NCBI GenBank assembly: GCA_027604505.1
Contig: JADIIX010000003.1
Span: 62,001-126,000, forward strand
Source of the DNA: Gonapodya sp. JEL0774
Lineage: Eukaryota
Length of the DNA: 64,000 nt
Direction: 5' to 3'
Below the pieces are notes generated by a model, which worked only from the letters and a program-made list of their open reading frames with translations, had not been told where the DNA came from and did not search any database. This document shows positions 53,014 through 63,317 of this stretch, piece by piece. How positions within the stretch are numbered: position 1 is the first letter of the stretch; every line of letters begins with the position of its first letter. A program made the translations under genes and the position numbers.

Positions 53014-53760
53014 GAGAAGGCACCCTCAGACCCTGAGGCTCCTGCGGCACACCTGTGGGATGTCGTCAATATGTGGTACGATCACCACAACACCCCACAC
53101 GGACATCCCCGTCAGGCTGATGTTACAATGACACGAGGAGAAAAAAAATTACGAAGCGGTTGATTTGGAGGCATTGTGTGCCAACGTCGACTTGAATCTC
53201 GGCCTGCCTTCTGTTGCTGGCCTCAAGCAGTGGTAGGGGACGGCTTTTCTCGTCGTCGGCGATGGCTGGACAGCAAGCCCGTGGATGGATTATTGATTCC
53301 GGCGGTTGGTCCAATGTTCGGACCACTTGCTCATCTGAAGGGCAATAACCTAAAGGTGGTATACGTATATGTTATACAGGGCATTGCTGTACATCAATTT
53401 AAAAACTTAGGGCACGAAAGAAACCCTGAAGAGTCGGAGCACTCCTTGGGAATGGGGTGGTGCCTGATCAGGCAATCTGGCGGCGGATTCAGTTTGAACC
53501 TTCTTAGGGAACATTCCTGTTTCCCTACTGAAAATCGGCGTCAATACGAATGGAAGAAACACAACAATCTCACCCGAAATTGAGAAAGGAATGCATGACT
53601 CTCGAGCAAGTGAGACCTTCCATCTTGCTTCACGAGGAGGTTTGCGACGACTCCCCTCACTCCAAATCAACGTGATTCGTCACCTGTTTCGTTTCAAAAG
53701 CTCCCTCTCCTCCTCATATCCGATATTCAGAACCATCTGAAGACCGGGCCTCTCTCTCAC

Positions 53761-56700
53761 GTGTTCCGGGACATTACCTTTGCTCCATCTCAAGAAGTCC
53801 ACATTCCAGGCACCTGGGCAAATTTACACACGAACGAGACTCTTGATGCAGAAAACCTCGACACTGCACTTATCCCCCAGGTTTCAGTGAAACTGTCGGA
53901 GGGGCTTGTGGAGTTTCCCTTACCGAATGCCTACTTCTCATCGCTCGAGTATTGGCATGCGAACCGCCTGGACCGCACAGCAGGGTCTGAAGTCCTCCGG
54001 CACTCCAAAAGTACGCAGGGTGGAGCAGCGAACTTCCTCTTTACTTCAAAGCAGTGGATTCGTCTTCACTTGCACTCCCCAACCATTCCTGACCACCATG
54101 CTCCAACTCTGCCAGCATCTCTCTTCTCCACCCTGACCAATAATTCTTCATCTGCTCTTGCCATGGAACCTAGGCGGAAATCGGGTGCTTTTGCGCAGGG
54201 TGTGGCGCGGCGTGTTGCAGGTGACCTACCGGAACAGGATCGGGATGACTACTGGAGGAAACTCTATTTGGCATGGTGGCTCCTGCTGAATTTGAGGCTC
54301 AACGCAACAGATTTGAGTGGTATTGTGGACGTGGCTCCAACAGCGCAAGGCTGGGTCAGTTTTCCAAAGCACAGGAAATCCTTTGTCGACAGTCTCACCA
54401 AGATACTGCGGGACCAAAATTGTGCTCAGCTCGCTCTGTATGTTGGCCAAAGTCTACGAGAACTGAATGACAAGCTAAAACTGTCAAAGCTGGCTACACT
54501 CTGTCAACGGTTCGAAGTTGCCCATGGTATTTTTATAGCCCGAACATTCGGCAGGTGGAGATCAGGGGTACTCGTCAGACTCTCCAAACCACCACATAGG
54601 CAGTTCCAATCTGTCATGTTGCTGGATATTCTTGGAGTGTGGAGTGTTGGCCTCTTGCTGAAACACCACGATGCTGGTGCCGTGGTCGTTGTTGGTGGGG
54701 ATGTTCGAACCCTGGAATCAGAGGCAGCACTCGCAACCATCAGCAATCAACTTGGAGACGCAGTGAATGTGGTCTGCCACACCGTGGTTGATCTTTTTGA
54801 GCCCCCTTTCAATCCGGACGGCAGCGTTCGTGCTCAGACAATTGATTTGCTCAACAACTTGATCCGTCGAAAACTACTTGGCCAAGAGCGGCAACCAATA
54901 AAGGACAGCTTCAGCGCTATTAGCTGCTGGGAGGAATCCGAACCCGATGTTGTCTTCCCGCTGATTGTTATTGTGATGCGTGTGTCAGACTTTTGGCAAG
55001 CCGTCCGAAACGGAGCGCTTCTGGAGCAGCAGTTGGTTGGACTGTTCTTCGGGATCCTCAATGGACAGTGGGATGAACTGGCGCAAGTGGAAGTTGACGA
55101 TGACTTTGTTCTCGGTGACAACGGAGACAACTTTGATGGTGCATTCGACGCATCGGAAGTGGAGTCAGCGGCGCAAGCAAAACCCACCGGGAAAACCAGT
55201 GCTCGCATTTTCTCGCCAAAAGTCAAGATTATCCTGGAATTTGCGTCGTCAAATGTGCATCCCCTGAAAAGTCGCACGTTCTTGTCGTCCTGTCTCAACA
55301 ACATAGCCGATTCGACTGGTGGAATCCTCGCGACCATTCACCCAGATCGGTTGACTCGCAGACCAAATGAAGTACGCGAGGTACTTTCCGCTTTGCGTGC
55401 TAAAGGCCTCACATGGGAACTTCTGCATCGAAACGGAACGAGATGGTCAAAGTAGTTGAGGAGAAGGTGATGAAGCAAGTGGAGCAGGGCCGAGCTCTCG
55501 CCCAGCAACAAGCGTTTTACACCAGGTCACAGATGTTCCAGCGCCGAGTCTTGGCTTCACTCCTTTCTTTCACTTGCACTTCCACCTCACACAGTTCGCT
55601 CTTGGAAGTACAAGCGGGATTCCGTCGTGTGGAGTTTCCGATAAAAGGAATTGCGCGAACAAGCCCTGTGGCGTGGTGAGTTGCTCCTTTGCATAATCTT
55701 GCTTCTTTGTATGGGGGGAAATGGCCTACGGGCGGTGGGACTCATTTGGGTAGATTCGAGATTTCGATCGACTTTTAGCAACACCGGTGATTTCTTCATT
55801 TCTAGGGGAGCACGGGAACCATCTGAGCTATCGATTACCACTCAAACTTCCTTCTTGAAATCCATCGTGGGACAGGAACAACTCCATGTCGTTCCTTTGG
55901 AGGCCGTGACTGCCTCCGAAGCAGACGGTGGCCGTGTGCTTGAATTCATTCAGTCTTGCGAGAGGAATGCTATCGTCGTTGCAGTCTCGTTGGATCGTAT
56001 TAGTCGTTCAACATCGGGCCTCCAAAGTATCCTGGAACTGTGCTCAGCGAAAAGCATCCGGATCATTGTCCTCCTTTGGCACCTCGAGTCGTTTCTCCAG
56101 CTGAGGGGCTCTCTCTCTTCTTGTGCTCCACGTGACATAGCTGGATGGCGAACAGAATTTGCTCGCACGGTGCTTGGACTCCAATTCTCCTGGGATCCAG
56201 ATGTTGCGCTGGCTCACCTCCCTGAACTTGAGTTCTGCGCATCCAGTTCTTACACCATGCCGCTTTGCTTTCCAGGCGACCTTGTACACCTCGGAATAGG
56301 TAACGCAGCGATGAGGATGGAGCTTCAGTTCGGTGAAGATTTTGCCAAAAGTGGAGCACGAAGAGGAAGGGAGGCTGCAAGGTTTGAGCGTCCGGTGGAA
56401 CAAGATATCTTGAGGCTCGAGATGAAAACAGACGTAAGGAACGGTCTCTTGACACCCCGAGCCCAGGATGCCGTTGGCAATGTTGCGCAAAAATTTTTCC
56501 CGGGAGCGTCCATCGAAGTTTTGTCGAGCTCAAACCCCATTGACTGCTTCTGTGTCCATCTCCCTCCTGGAACTCCCCACGCCAGTGACTGCCAGTGCCC
56601 CTGTCGCGGATGTCAGAGACTTCGACCGTGTATTTCACCTGATTGTTGTGCTGACAGAGAGCTCACACCCTGCACATGCTCTTTGCTGTGTTCTTGCACC

Positions 56701-57066
56701 TGTTTGTCGTGTCACAGGGTTTCTGTTGAGGCCGAGTTGCAGTCCGATCCAGACATTTCAACAAGCGACGGTGTGGTCGTGTCAGGAACAGAGGAGAGCA
56801 GGAAGCGGGAAGTGGAGCAAGCTCAGGAAGGGGACTCGGAAGACGCGGATGACGGTTCTGCTGTACCTTGTATTACGCTGTGTGGACGGAATCGGTCGGC
56901 AAAGACAAAGTGGTGCTCCAAAGAATGCTATGTTGATTACAGCAGGAACAACGGGCACGTCGTACGCACCTGTGACTTTTCCGGCTGCACAAACATATGT
57001 CCACCCGGTGCAGGTTTGAAATGCGAGAGTCACGTGTGGCGATGTGCAAAATTGGGGAAGCGTTGA
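53761..57066 (+). pseudogene. Tandem serine-recombinase (resolvase-like) domain protein with Cys-rich C-terminus; one frameshift, one intron, decayed 5' extension
   Basis: Domain 1: VIVMRVS(54985)...LEQQ...IHPDRLTR(55345), then helix-E-like QVEQGRALAQQQAFY in the -1 frame. Domain 2: IKGIARTS(55662)P-VAW|intron 55676-55805|GAREPSELSITTQ...VSLDRISR(55993). CxC-rich tail. Confidence 0.7.
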
Positions 57067-57576
57067 CCCAGGCTGGGTGTACGATTGGAGGGAAGTATGT
57101 TAATGGGTGTTTTGAATAGGCGTTATGATCCGGACGTGTGACTTGTAGTGCGAGTAGAATGAACAGACTTGTTGACACAACGGTACCGTCCAACATCTCG
57201 AGAACCACCAGCTCCCGAGTTACGACAGCTTACGCCGCACCTCTCATAGTTGGTGGTTCTGTTGCGAGGGTAGGCGTATACAGAGCGGGTCCAGTACCCT
57301 AGAGAGTCCCCGGCACGGGTTTGTCCGACCTCATTCTCTCACCTTCCCCGAGGCACGTTGACTCCACAGTATCCACCGACCACGTAGAGCACCTTTTCAT
57401 TGTGTTTGATGTTTTCGATTCGAGTCGGATGTTGGAGCAGCTCGCAGTGGGCGAGAAAGGTGGTGCGAGAGGAAAGAAGGTCAGCAACCGCGAGACCGAG
57501 AGCGAATGTTGATTCGGCCATGAAAGCAGTTGCGGCGCCATCACACACTCTGGGCGAAGCTATAATCACAGTTTCT

Positions 57577-57662
57577 GATTGGACGGAGACGAAAGATTGG
57601 ACGGAGGCGACAGATTGGACGGAGATGAAAAATTGGACGGAGACGGAAGATTGTACGGAGAA
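57577..57662 (+). repeat. 18-bp minisatellite x5 (GATTGGACGGAGACGAAA consensus)
   Basis: Five imperfect in-frame units; VQSxxS repeats on the minus strand. Confidence 0.93.
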
Positions 57663-58083
57663 CTGCGTCCAGTACATGACATTGAACGATCATTGCAGCC
57701 GACGCGCTAACCTTTACCCAGAGCTGATTCGATCAGCTATCCTCCTTTTTTCCATCGTTCACATATCATCATCCCGTTTGAGACCCACGACAGGGGTCGT
57801 CGCCGCTATGGCTGTCCGGTTCTCTCAGTCCAGTGACAGGTAGGTGTCTGATATCCAACCACACCAGAAGGCCACTCCCGTCCATCAAGTATCCAGTCCA
57901 TCTTTTTTATTGATTTTGCCGTGCTCGGGTAGTGAGAACGGGGGTAGGTGATGAGTGAATGCGGATCGTTGCTTGGGCGTTGGACCCACATATGTACAGC
58001 ACAAGTTCTTTTTTCCCCTGCCGACTGGACTGACACGCACAGCAACACTGAATGGAATGCTCATCAGAATCTGTGGAGAGCGA

Positions 58084-58093
58084 GGATCGAACC
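58084..58093 (-). promoter_or_regulatory. Pol III B-box downstream of U6
   Basis: GGTTCGATCC on the minus strand, about 28 nt past the T26 terminator; no tRNA stem around it. Confidence 0.75.
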
Positions 58094-58121
58094 ACCCATC
58101 TTCCTTGCCCCGGGCTAAGAC

Positions 58122-58147
<26 letters not shown>
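58122..58147 (-). terminator. Pol III terminator (T26 on minus strand)
   Basis: 26-A run on the + strand immediately 3' of U6. Confidence 0.85.
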
Positions 58148-58152
<5 letters not shown>

Positions 58153-58254
58153 GATCCATCTCAGAACTTGCGTGTCATCCTTGCACAGGGAGCCATGCTA
58201 ATCTTCTCTGTATCGTTTCCAATTTTCTAGATGACAGAGGTCCGAAGACTTGTC
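58144..58254 (-). ncRNA. U6 spliceosomal snRNA gene
   Basis: Reverse complement: GACAAGTCTTCGGACCTCTGTC...AATTGGAAACGATACAGAGAAGATTAGCATGGCTCCCTGTGCAAGGATGACACGCAA...TTTT. Internal A-box-like TAGAAAATTGG and downstream B-box. Confidence 0.93.
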
Positions 58255-59564
58255 GATAAGTGAAGGTCTCACCTCCTATTTGAGGGACCTGCTGTTTTGC
58301 CGTGCATACCACACAGGCCGCAGTCGTTGCGCCACACTGTCTGCCGCAGCACTTTCTCGTTGCACTCATTCTTCAGTCCAACGATTTGTGACTCTTTCCC
58401 TCCGTCTCAACCGTGATGTTCAACTCATGTGATTCCAGCACGGTGGCGATCGCGAACTTGGCACTCGCCAATCCCCCTCTTTCCCTTGATCCATCCCACA
58501 AGCTGTGCCGTCTTGTTTTCTCATCGTCATGTCGTACCCGCCCCCTCGGATTCTTCCCCTAATGCCCACCTCGCCACTCAACTGCGAAAGACACACCGCC
58601 GGGAATTGATTGGGACCTCGGATGTTGAGACCTCGGTCTTTGATGTGCCAAACTGTTGCTCCATTCAGTGCCCAAACTTGACATTCACTAGAGAGCCTCC
58701 AATCTTTTTGCACAAGGGATCATCATTGCTAATGAAATCTCGTGACGGCAAAGAATTTCACGCTGAATCCTCCGATGGGTGCAAACCACGGCATTCTGAC
58801 CTACCCCCTCCACTCCGTTGAGATTACCCACTTGAACGTTACTCGAAACCCTCACATCTGCAGCGACTAACCGGGCGCTCGCGCTCACTTCGAAATCACG
58901 TGAACCAACTTTTCCCAACTCCACTCGTTTCTCTCCGCCAATTTGACCTGCCGGAGAAGCAACCCTCGAACGCGCGCTCCGTCTATAAATCTCCTGTGAA
59001 ATGACTTGCCCTGAACTGCAGCTATAAGTGCTATTGCATCGCGTCTCGGACACCGCCCCACTGTGCACATTTGGGACATCCTGGAGCACACGTTCGTCTC
59101 CAAAAAGTGTTGCCAACGGCACCGCAAATCAGTAAATGAAGATCCCGAGCGAACGAAACCTCAGATTTATCATTTATGTAGTCCACCCGCCATAACGAAC
59201 ACGAAGAGTTTCGGAATCTCATCACATCAGGCCTCCCTCGAGTTGGAGCCACTCCTCAACAATACACCAAAACGACGTGCGGGACTTTGTTGCGGAAATT
59301 GTTGACGTCACAAGTACATCTTCATGAGCCGGTTCTGTACAGACTAGTATATCATCGGTAGAACGTAGTTACGAGATGCTAACCTTGTGAAATGAGATTC
59401 GACATAGGTTGTGAAACCGTGTCGACGGGAAGAATGCCCAATCAGTGTAATTTACCCAAGTAGGCTCTTGAGGAGGTACCCAACGTAATTCGTGGGAGTG
59501 GGAGTGCGGGTGGTGTTCGGCCTGCACATTCCGACCTTCCCCACCACGAACCAAATCCATCACC

Positions 59565-61461
59565 ATGGGATTCGACTACAGCATCCTCGTCAACATCAAA
59601 GTCGACATTCGTCCCGATGGCATATGCATCCTCACGTTGAACAGGTACCCCCTTGTTCTAGCCCCCCTGTTTCCCGCGGTGGACGTTCGGAATCCCCACA
59701 AAACCAACCCGGCTGCCCCCCCTACCCTATTTTTGTACATAGGCCCGAACGCATGAACTCGTGGAATGATTTCATGGCCATGGAACTTATTGTATGTGTA
59801 GGCTGGAGTGGGGAAAGAGCAAGAGTGGTTTTGGATTCAGGAGCTCTTGTGGTTTGAAACGATGTCCATCCCCATCACCAATTTCGATACCCACCCAACT
59901 CTGCCGCCAATCACGCTTGGCCTCGGACTATGGCCTCCTCACCTGCATTCTCTAACCCCTCACCCAACCCGCACCCCACCTCCTGTCCTCCCCTTTCCCC
60001 TCATATCTCCAGGTCGCCTTCGAAGAACTCGACCGCGACCCATCCGTCAAGGCCATCATCGTCGCCGGAGCCGGCCGCGCATTCTGCGCAGGCGCGGATC
60101 TGTCCCCTGCCGGTGCGAAAATTGCTGCGAGTCGAAGGGTGGACAGGATGAACCAGCACAGGGATTCGGGGGGGCAGGTCACGGCCAGGATCGCGAAATG
60201 TAGGAAACTCGTCGTGGCGGCAATTCATGGGCCGGCTGTGGGCGTCGGTATCACTATGGTGGGTCGTACTCTCGGTCGGACTTTTGACGGATTCGCAACT
60301 CACAGATTTGTGTCGCTGGTGTTCACAGACTCTCCCCATGGACATTCGAATCGTGTACAAGGGCGCAAAGATTGGGTGCGGCTCGGTGGTGTAGCTCTCG
60401 CCTTTCATACGCAGGGGATTCATTCACCAACAAACCCCCACTCAAACTCCAACCTACCCGTTTTCCTTCAGCTTTGTCTTTGTGCGGAGAGGAATATTAC
60501 CAGAAGCCGCGTCGTCCTGGTTCCTCCCACAACTCATCGGAAAGTCGCAAACGCAAGCCCTGTTCATGCCTGGACGGGTCCTCACGTGAGCGAGAGAGTC
60601 GCCTACACTCGTCGGGTCATTGCTCTGTCGAGGCTCAAATAGCACGACCGTGTTCCTCACTCACCCACTTTTGGAAAAGTGCCGACCATCATCTCTTTAA
60701 CGGGCTCTTCTTCGACCTCATCGATTCGCCGGACAAGGTTCTCCCTGCGGCTATCGAATTGGTTAAGGAAATCGTTCAGAACGCGAGTTTGGTGTCGATC
60801 GCGATTACAAAGGTGCGTTGGAGATACAACCTTGAATCTTGAAACCGGCATCTCGAAACTGTGGTTCACGTGGCTCGTCAGGCAATGGTCTGGCACGACC
60901 AGGGTTCACCAGAGGGACAGCATTTGCTCGACTCCAAGGTTAGTGCGGGTTGTATCCTAATATTCGTCGCTTGCTATTTGGGCTTACATATGTGTTTCTG
61001 AAAAGGGCATCCTCTACACTGGTAACGGAGCGGATTCTCGCGAAGGAACATCGTCGTTCCTGGAAAAGAGGTGTGCTGGAACGTCGTGATTTCTCTTCGT
61101 AAACATCCACGATGACTCTCTATAACATTGAATTACTAGAATTCCCGAGTTTCCTGGTCGGATCGACGGGCCCAGTGGAACATACGGTGAGTCGCTCGTA
61201 CCCGTTCTTTGGATTCGCTCATTCACCTCAACCACTGATACATTCAGGCCTTCCAAGCTACTATCCGTGGTGGAACTCTCAAGACATTAGCAGTCCCGAT
61301 TGGGTGAGCTGAGTCGCAGCGCTCCTCGCACTGGGGATTCACTCTGGCTGGTAGACCTTTGCTGACCACGGTTGTCTACTACGCAGCCCACCGACCGTGC
61401 TTCGCAGCTCGCGCTGCTCGCACAATTCCGCAAAATTGAGGCGGAGAACAGCAAATTGTAG
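59565..61461 (+). CDS. Enoyl-CoA hydratase/isomerase (crotonase), predicted peroxisomal (SKL)
   Basis: ILTLN|RPERMNSW, GAGRAFCAGADL, VAAIHGPAVGVGITM, FVRRGILPEAASSWFLP. Final exon ends AENSKL*. Confidence 0.9.
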
Positions 61462-61710
61462 ATGGAAGTCTACAAGGTCGGTTGGGGTGGCCAGCTGCTG
61501 ACGTTCTGGGAGCCGGAATGCATGTATTTTAACCCAAACAAGAGGTGGTCTACAGTTGTGCTTACTCGCAACTACTGAAATCCATTATTAGGAGTGGGGG
61601 AGAGATGCATCCAGAAAGCCAAACTCCGATAACAAAAATGTTCTATCCTTTCCATCACCTTGTCCTTCTGATCAAACATAGCATCATTAAATGTCCCCCA
61701 ACCTTCAGTC

Positions 61711-62687
61711 TCATTCCTCAGTCACTTGATATGACTGCAACCGCCTCTGCTGTTCCTCTCGCACTTGGTCCTGTTTCCGATGCACCTTCGCCGATTCGTT
61801 GACTTTGAATCCAAATATCCTAGGCACATATCGTTCTGCAGGTTTTGATGGTACAAGGTTCGGATACACCTGAAGCAGCAAGTGCGGAAGGGTTGTTCCA
61901 AAGTAGGATCCGTCGATTCCGGCGTGTCGTCGGAGGGGGGGGTGGTACAAGTCCTCGCACTTTGGGCAATAAATCTTCACCGAATTTTCCATGGGCACAT
62001 CCGACAGCCCAGCTGGCAGGACGGGCTGATTGTGACAGAGCACTCGTGGACAACGTCCAAACTCTGCCCGTCGGAATTTCTCAACCATTTTGGCCAAACC
62101 TCGTGAGGTAATGACATATCGAGCATGTATCAGTCCATAAAGATGCCGCGCTGATCGTTCAACCTCTGCCCGTGTATCGTCGTCCAGTTCTTCTTCAAGT
62201 GCGTCGGTTATGAGGTCCAGTGCCAGCTGGTAGTGTGTGACCTCTGTGTTTAGTCCTGTCAAATTGAAGCGGTCGAGGATATACTCCTCGTCAATCTCAG
62301 AGAAAAATTCGTTTCCTTTCAGAGACAAGAACCACTGCGGGAAACGGACGGCAAAGGAGACGTTAGCCACACCCTTCATCCGACCTCTGCAATCCCCACA
62401 CTCCACTTCTTCTAGCGTTTCCTACAGCTATCCCGGTGATAGGGAGAATCAACCCAAACGTGCCAGTTATGCCATGCCTTACTAACCTCAATCCAATATT
62501 TGGTGTAATCGTCTGATGCCGCATCCTCCATGCCCGCTGAAGATATCACGGATCCGATACCACCAGGCACAACTGAAGTCTCGTTACTCATCAGTGCACC
62601 CAGTCCTGCCATGCTCTGTCCTCCTCCGGTGGGTTCCTCTTCAGACTCCTCAGAGGTCTCCCCCGTTCGCCCCGGCTGGTGCCCCAT
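61711..62687 (-). CDS. CKB1: Casein kinase II regulatory (beta) subunit
   Basis: YWIE|WFLSLKGNEFFSEIDEEYILDRFNLTGL, LYGLIHARY, FGRCPRVLC, KIYCPKC, IDGSYFGTT, YVPRIFGFK. Intron 62486-62335. The frame is open upstream to 62990, so the start may be earlier. Confidence 0.93.
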
Positions 62688-63317
62688 GGTAGCCAGTTTT
62701 GAAACGTCTTCCGGGAGTGATTGACTGCGAGGCCTCTTTTCCGCCTTCTCCGTGTCTAGATCGCGAGAACGATCAACCACGCCAATGTCCAAGGAACCTT
62801 CTTCGGAGGTTCGCTTCCGCTTCAGGCGGTTGGCAGCTTTCCGGATCACCGGCTGAATGCGCTGAGGCAGCGAAGAATCCGTTTTTGTATCGTCCAGGCT
62901 CGCGATTAAGCGCGAAGACCGGACGTGATAGGACGAGGTGAGAGCAACGAGGGGTTGGATGCCCAGAGAACGGCCAGGAAGTGAACCCAAGGACCGCTGA
63001 AAAGGGAATCGATCGAATGTTTTCTTGGCGGACGCGGCAAAGTGTCTGGACGGACGTCTGTTACCGCGAATGTCCGGCGAGTAAACGGCACAATGGAACA
63101 GTCTGGAGCCTTGGAATCCTGAATGTGTGGGCGGGGCCTCGTGATTCGGAGCTCACTGGCGCTGCTTGATTCTGAATCACCCTCTCAAGTTCGTCGCTAC
63201 GGTGCGATTCACTGGTGACCGTCGTTGAACGTTTGGAATGACAAACCCTCTCCCCTCACAGGTTTGGGCTTTGGTCACCATATCAACAACCCACTGTATT
63301 TGTATGTTATTCTCCAT

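Larger units (their letters stand above)
52608..58304. mobile_element. Putative serine-recombinase mobile element carrying a U6 snRNA gene (left end 52608 or about 52737)
   Basis: Both end regions recur joined in a 440-bp derivative at 50031-50470; CGTG at both boundaries; recombinase gene inside. Confidence 0.45.

Noticed and set aside
53761..57066. IS607/Fanzor (TnpB) element
   Set aside because: No RuvC motifs, TnpB zinc finger context or N-terminal MerR-type HTH were recognisable.
57577..57662. CRISPR-like array
   Set aside because: Contiguous 18-bp units with no unique spacers, in a eukaryotic context with no cas genes.
58070..58121. tRNA gene around GGTTCGATCC
   Set aside because: No T-stem pairing or cloverleaf; kept as an isolated B-box.
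53014..58147. Non-LTR retrotransposon with poly(A) tail
   Set aside because: No RT or endonuclease, a sense-strand intron is retained, and the A26 run is explained as the U6 terminator.
50079..58256. 11-bp TCGACAAGTCT shared by the U6 start and repeat B, read as a U6-targeted integration core
   Set aside because: An 11-bp match is expected by chance in 8 kb, and both U6 copies are uninterrupted, which does not fit attL/attR geometry.
58420..59310. Decayed minus-strand ORF, possibly the interrupted host gene
   Set aside because: Multiple stops and no identifiable domain; cannot be supported without a search.
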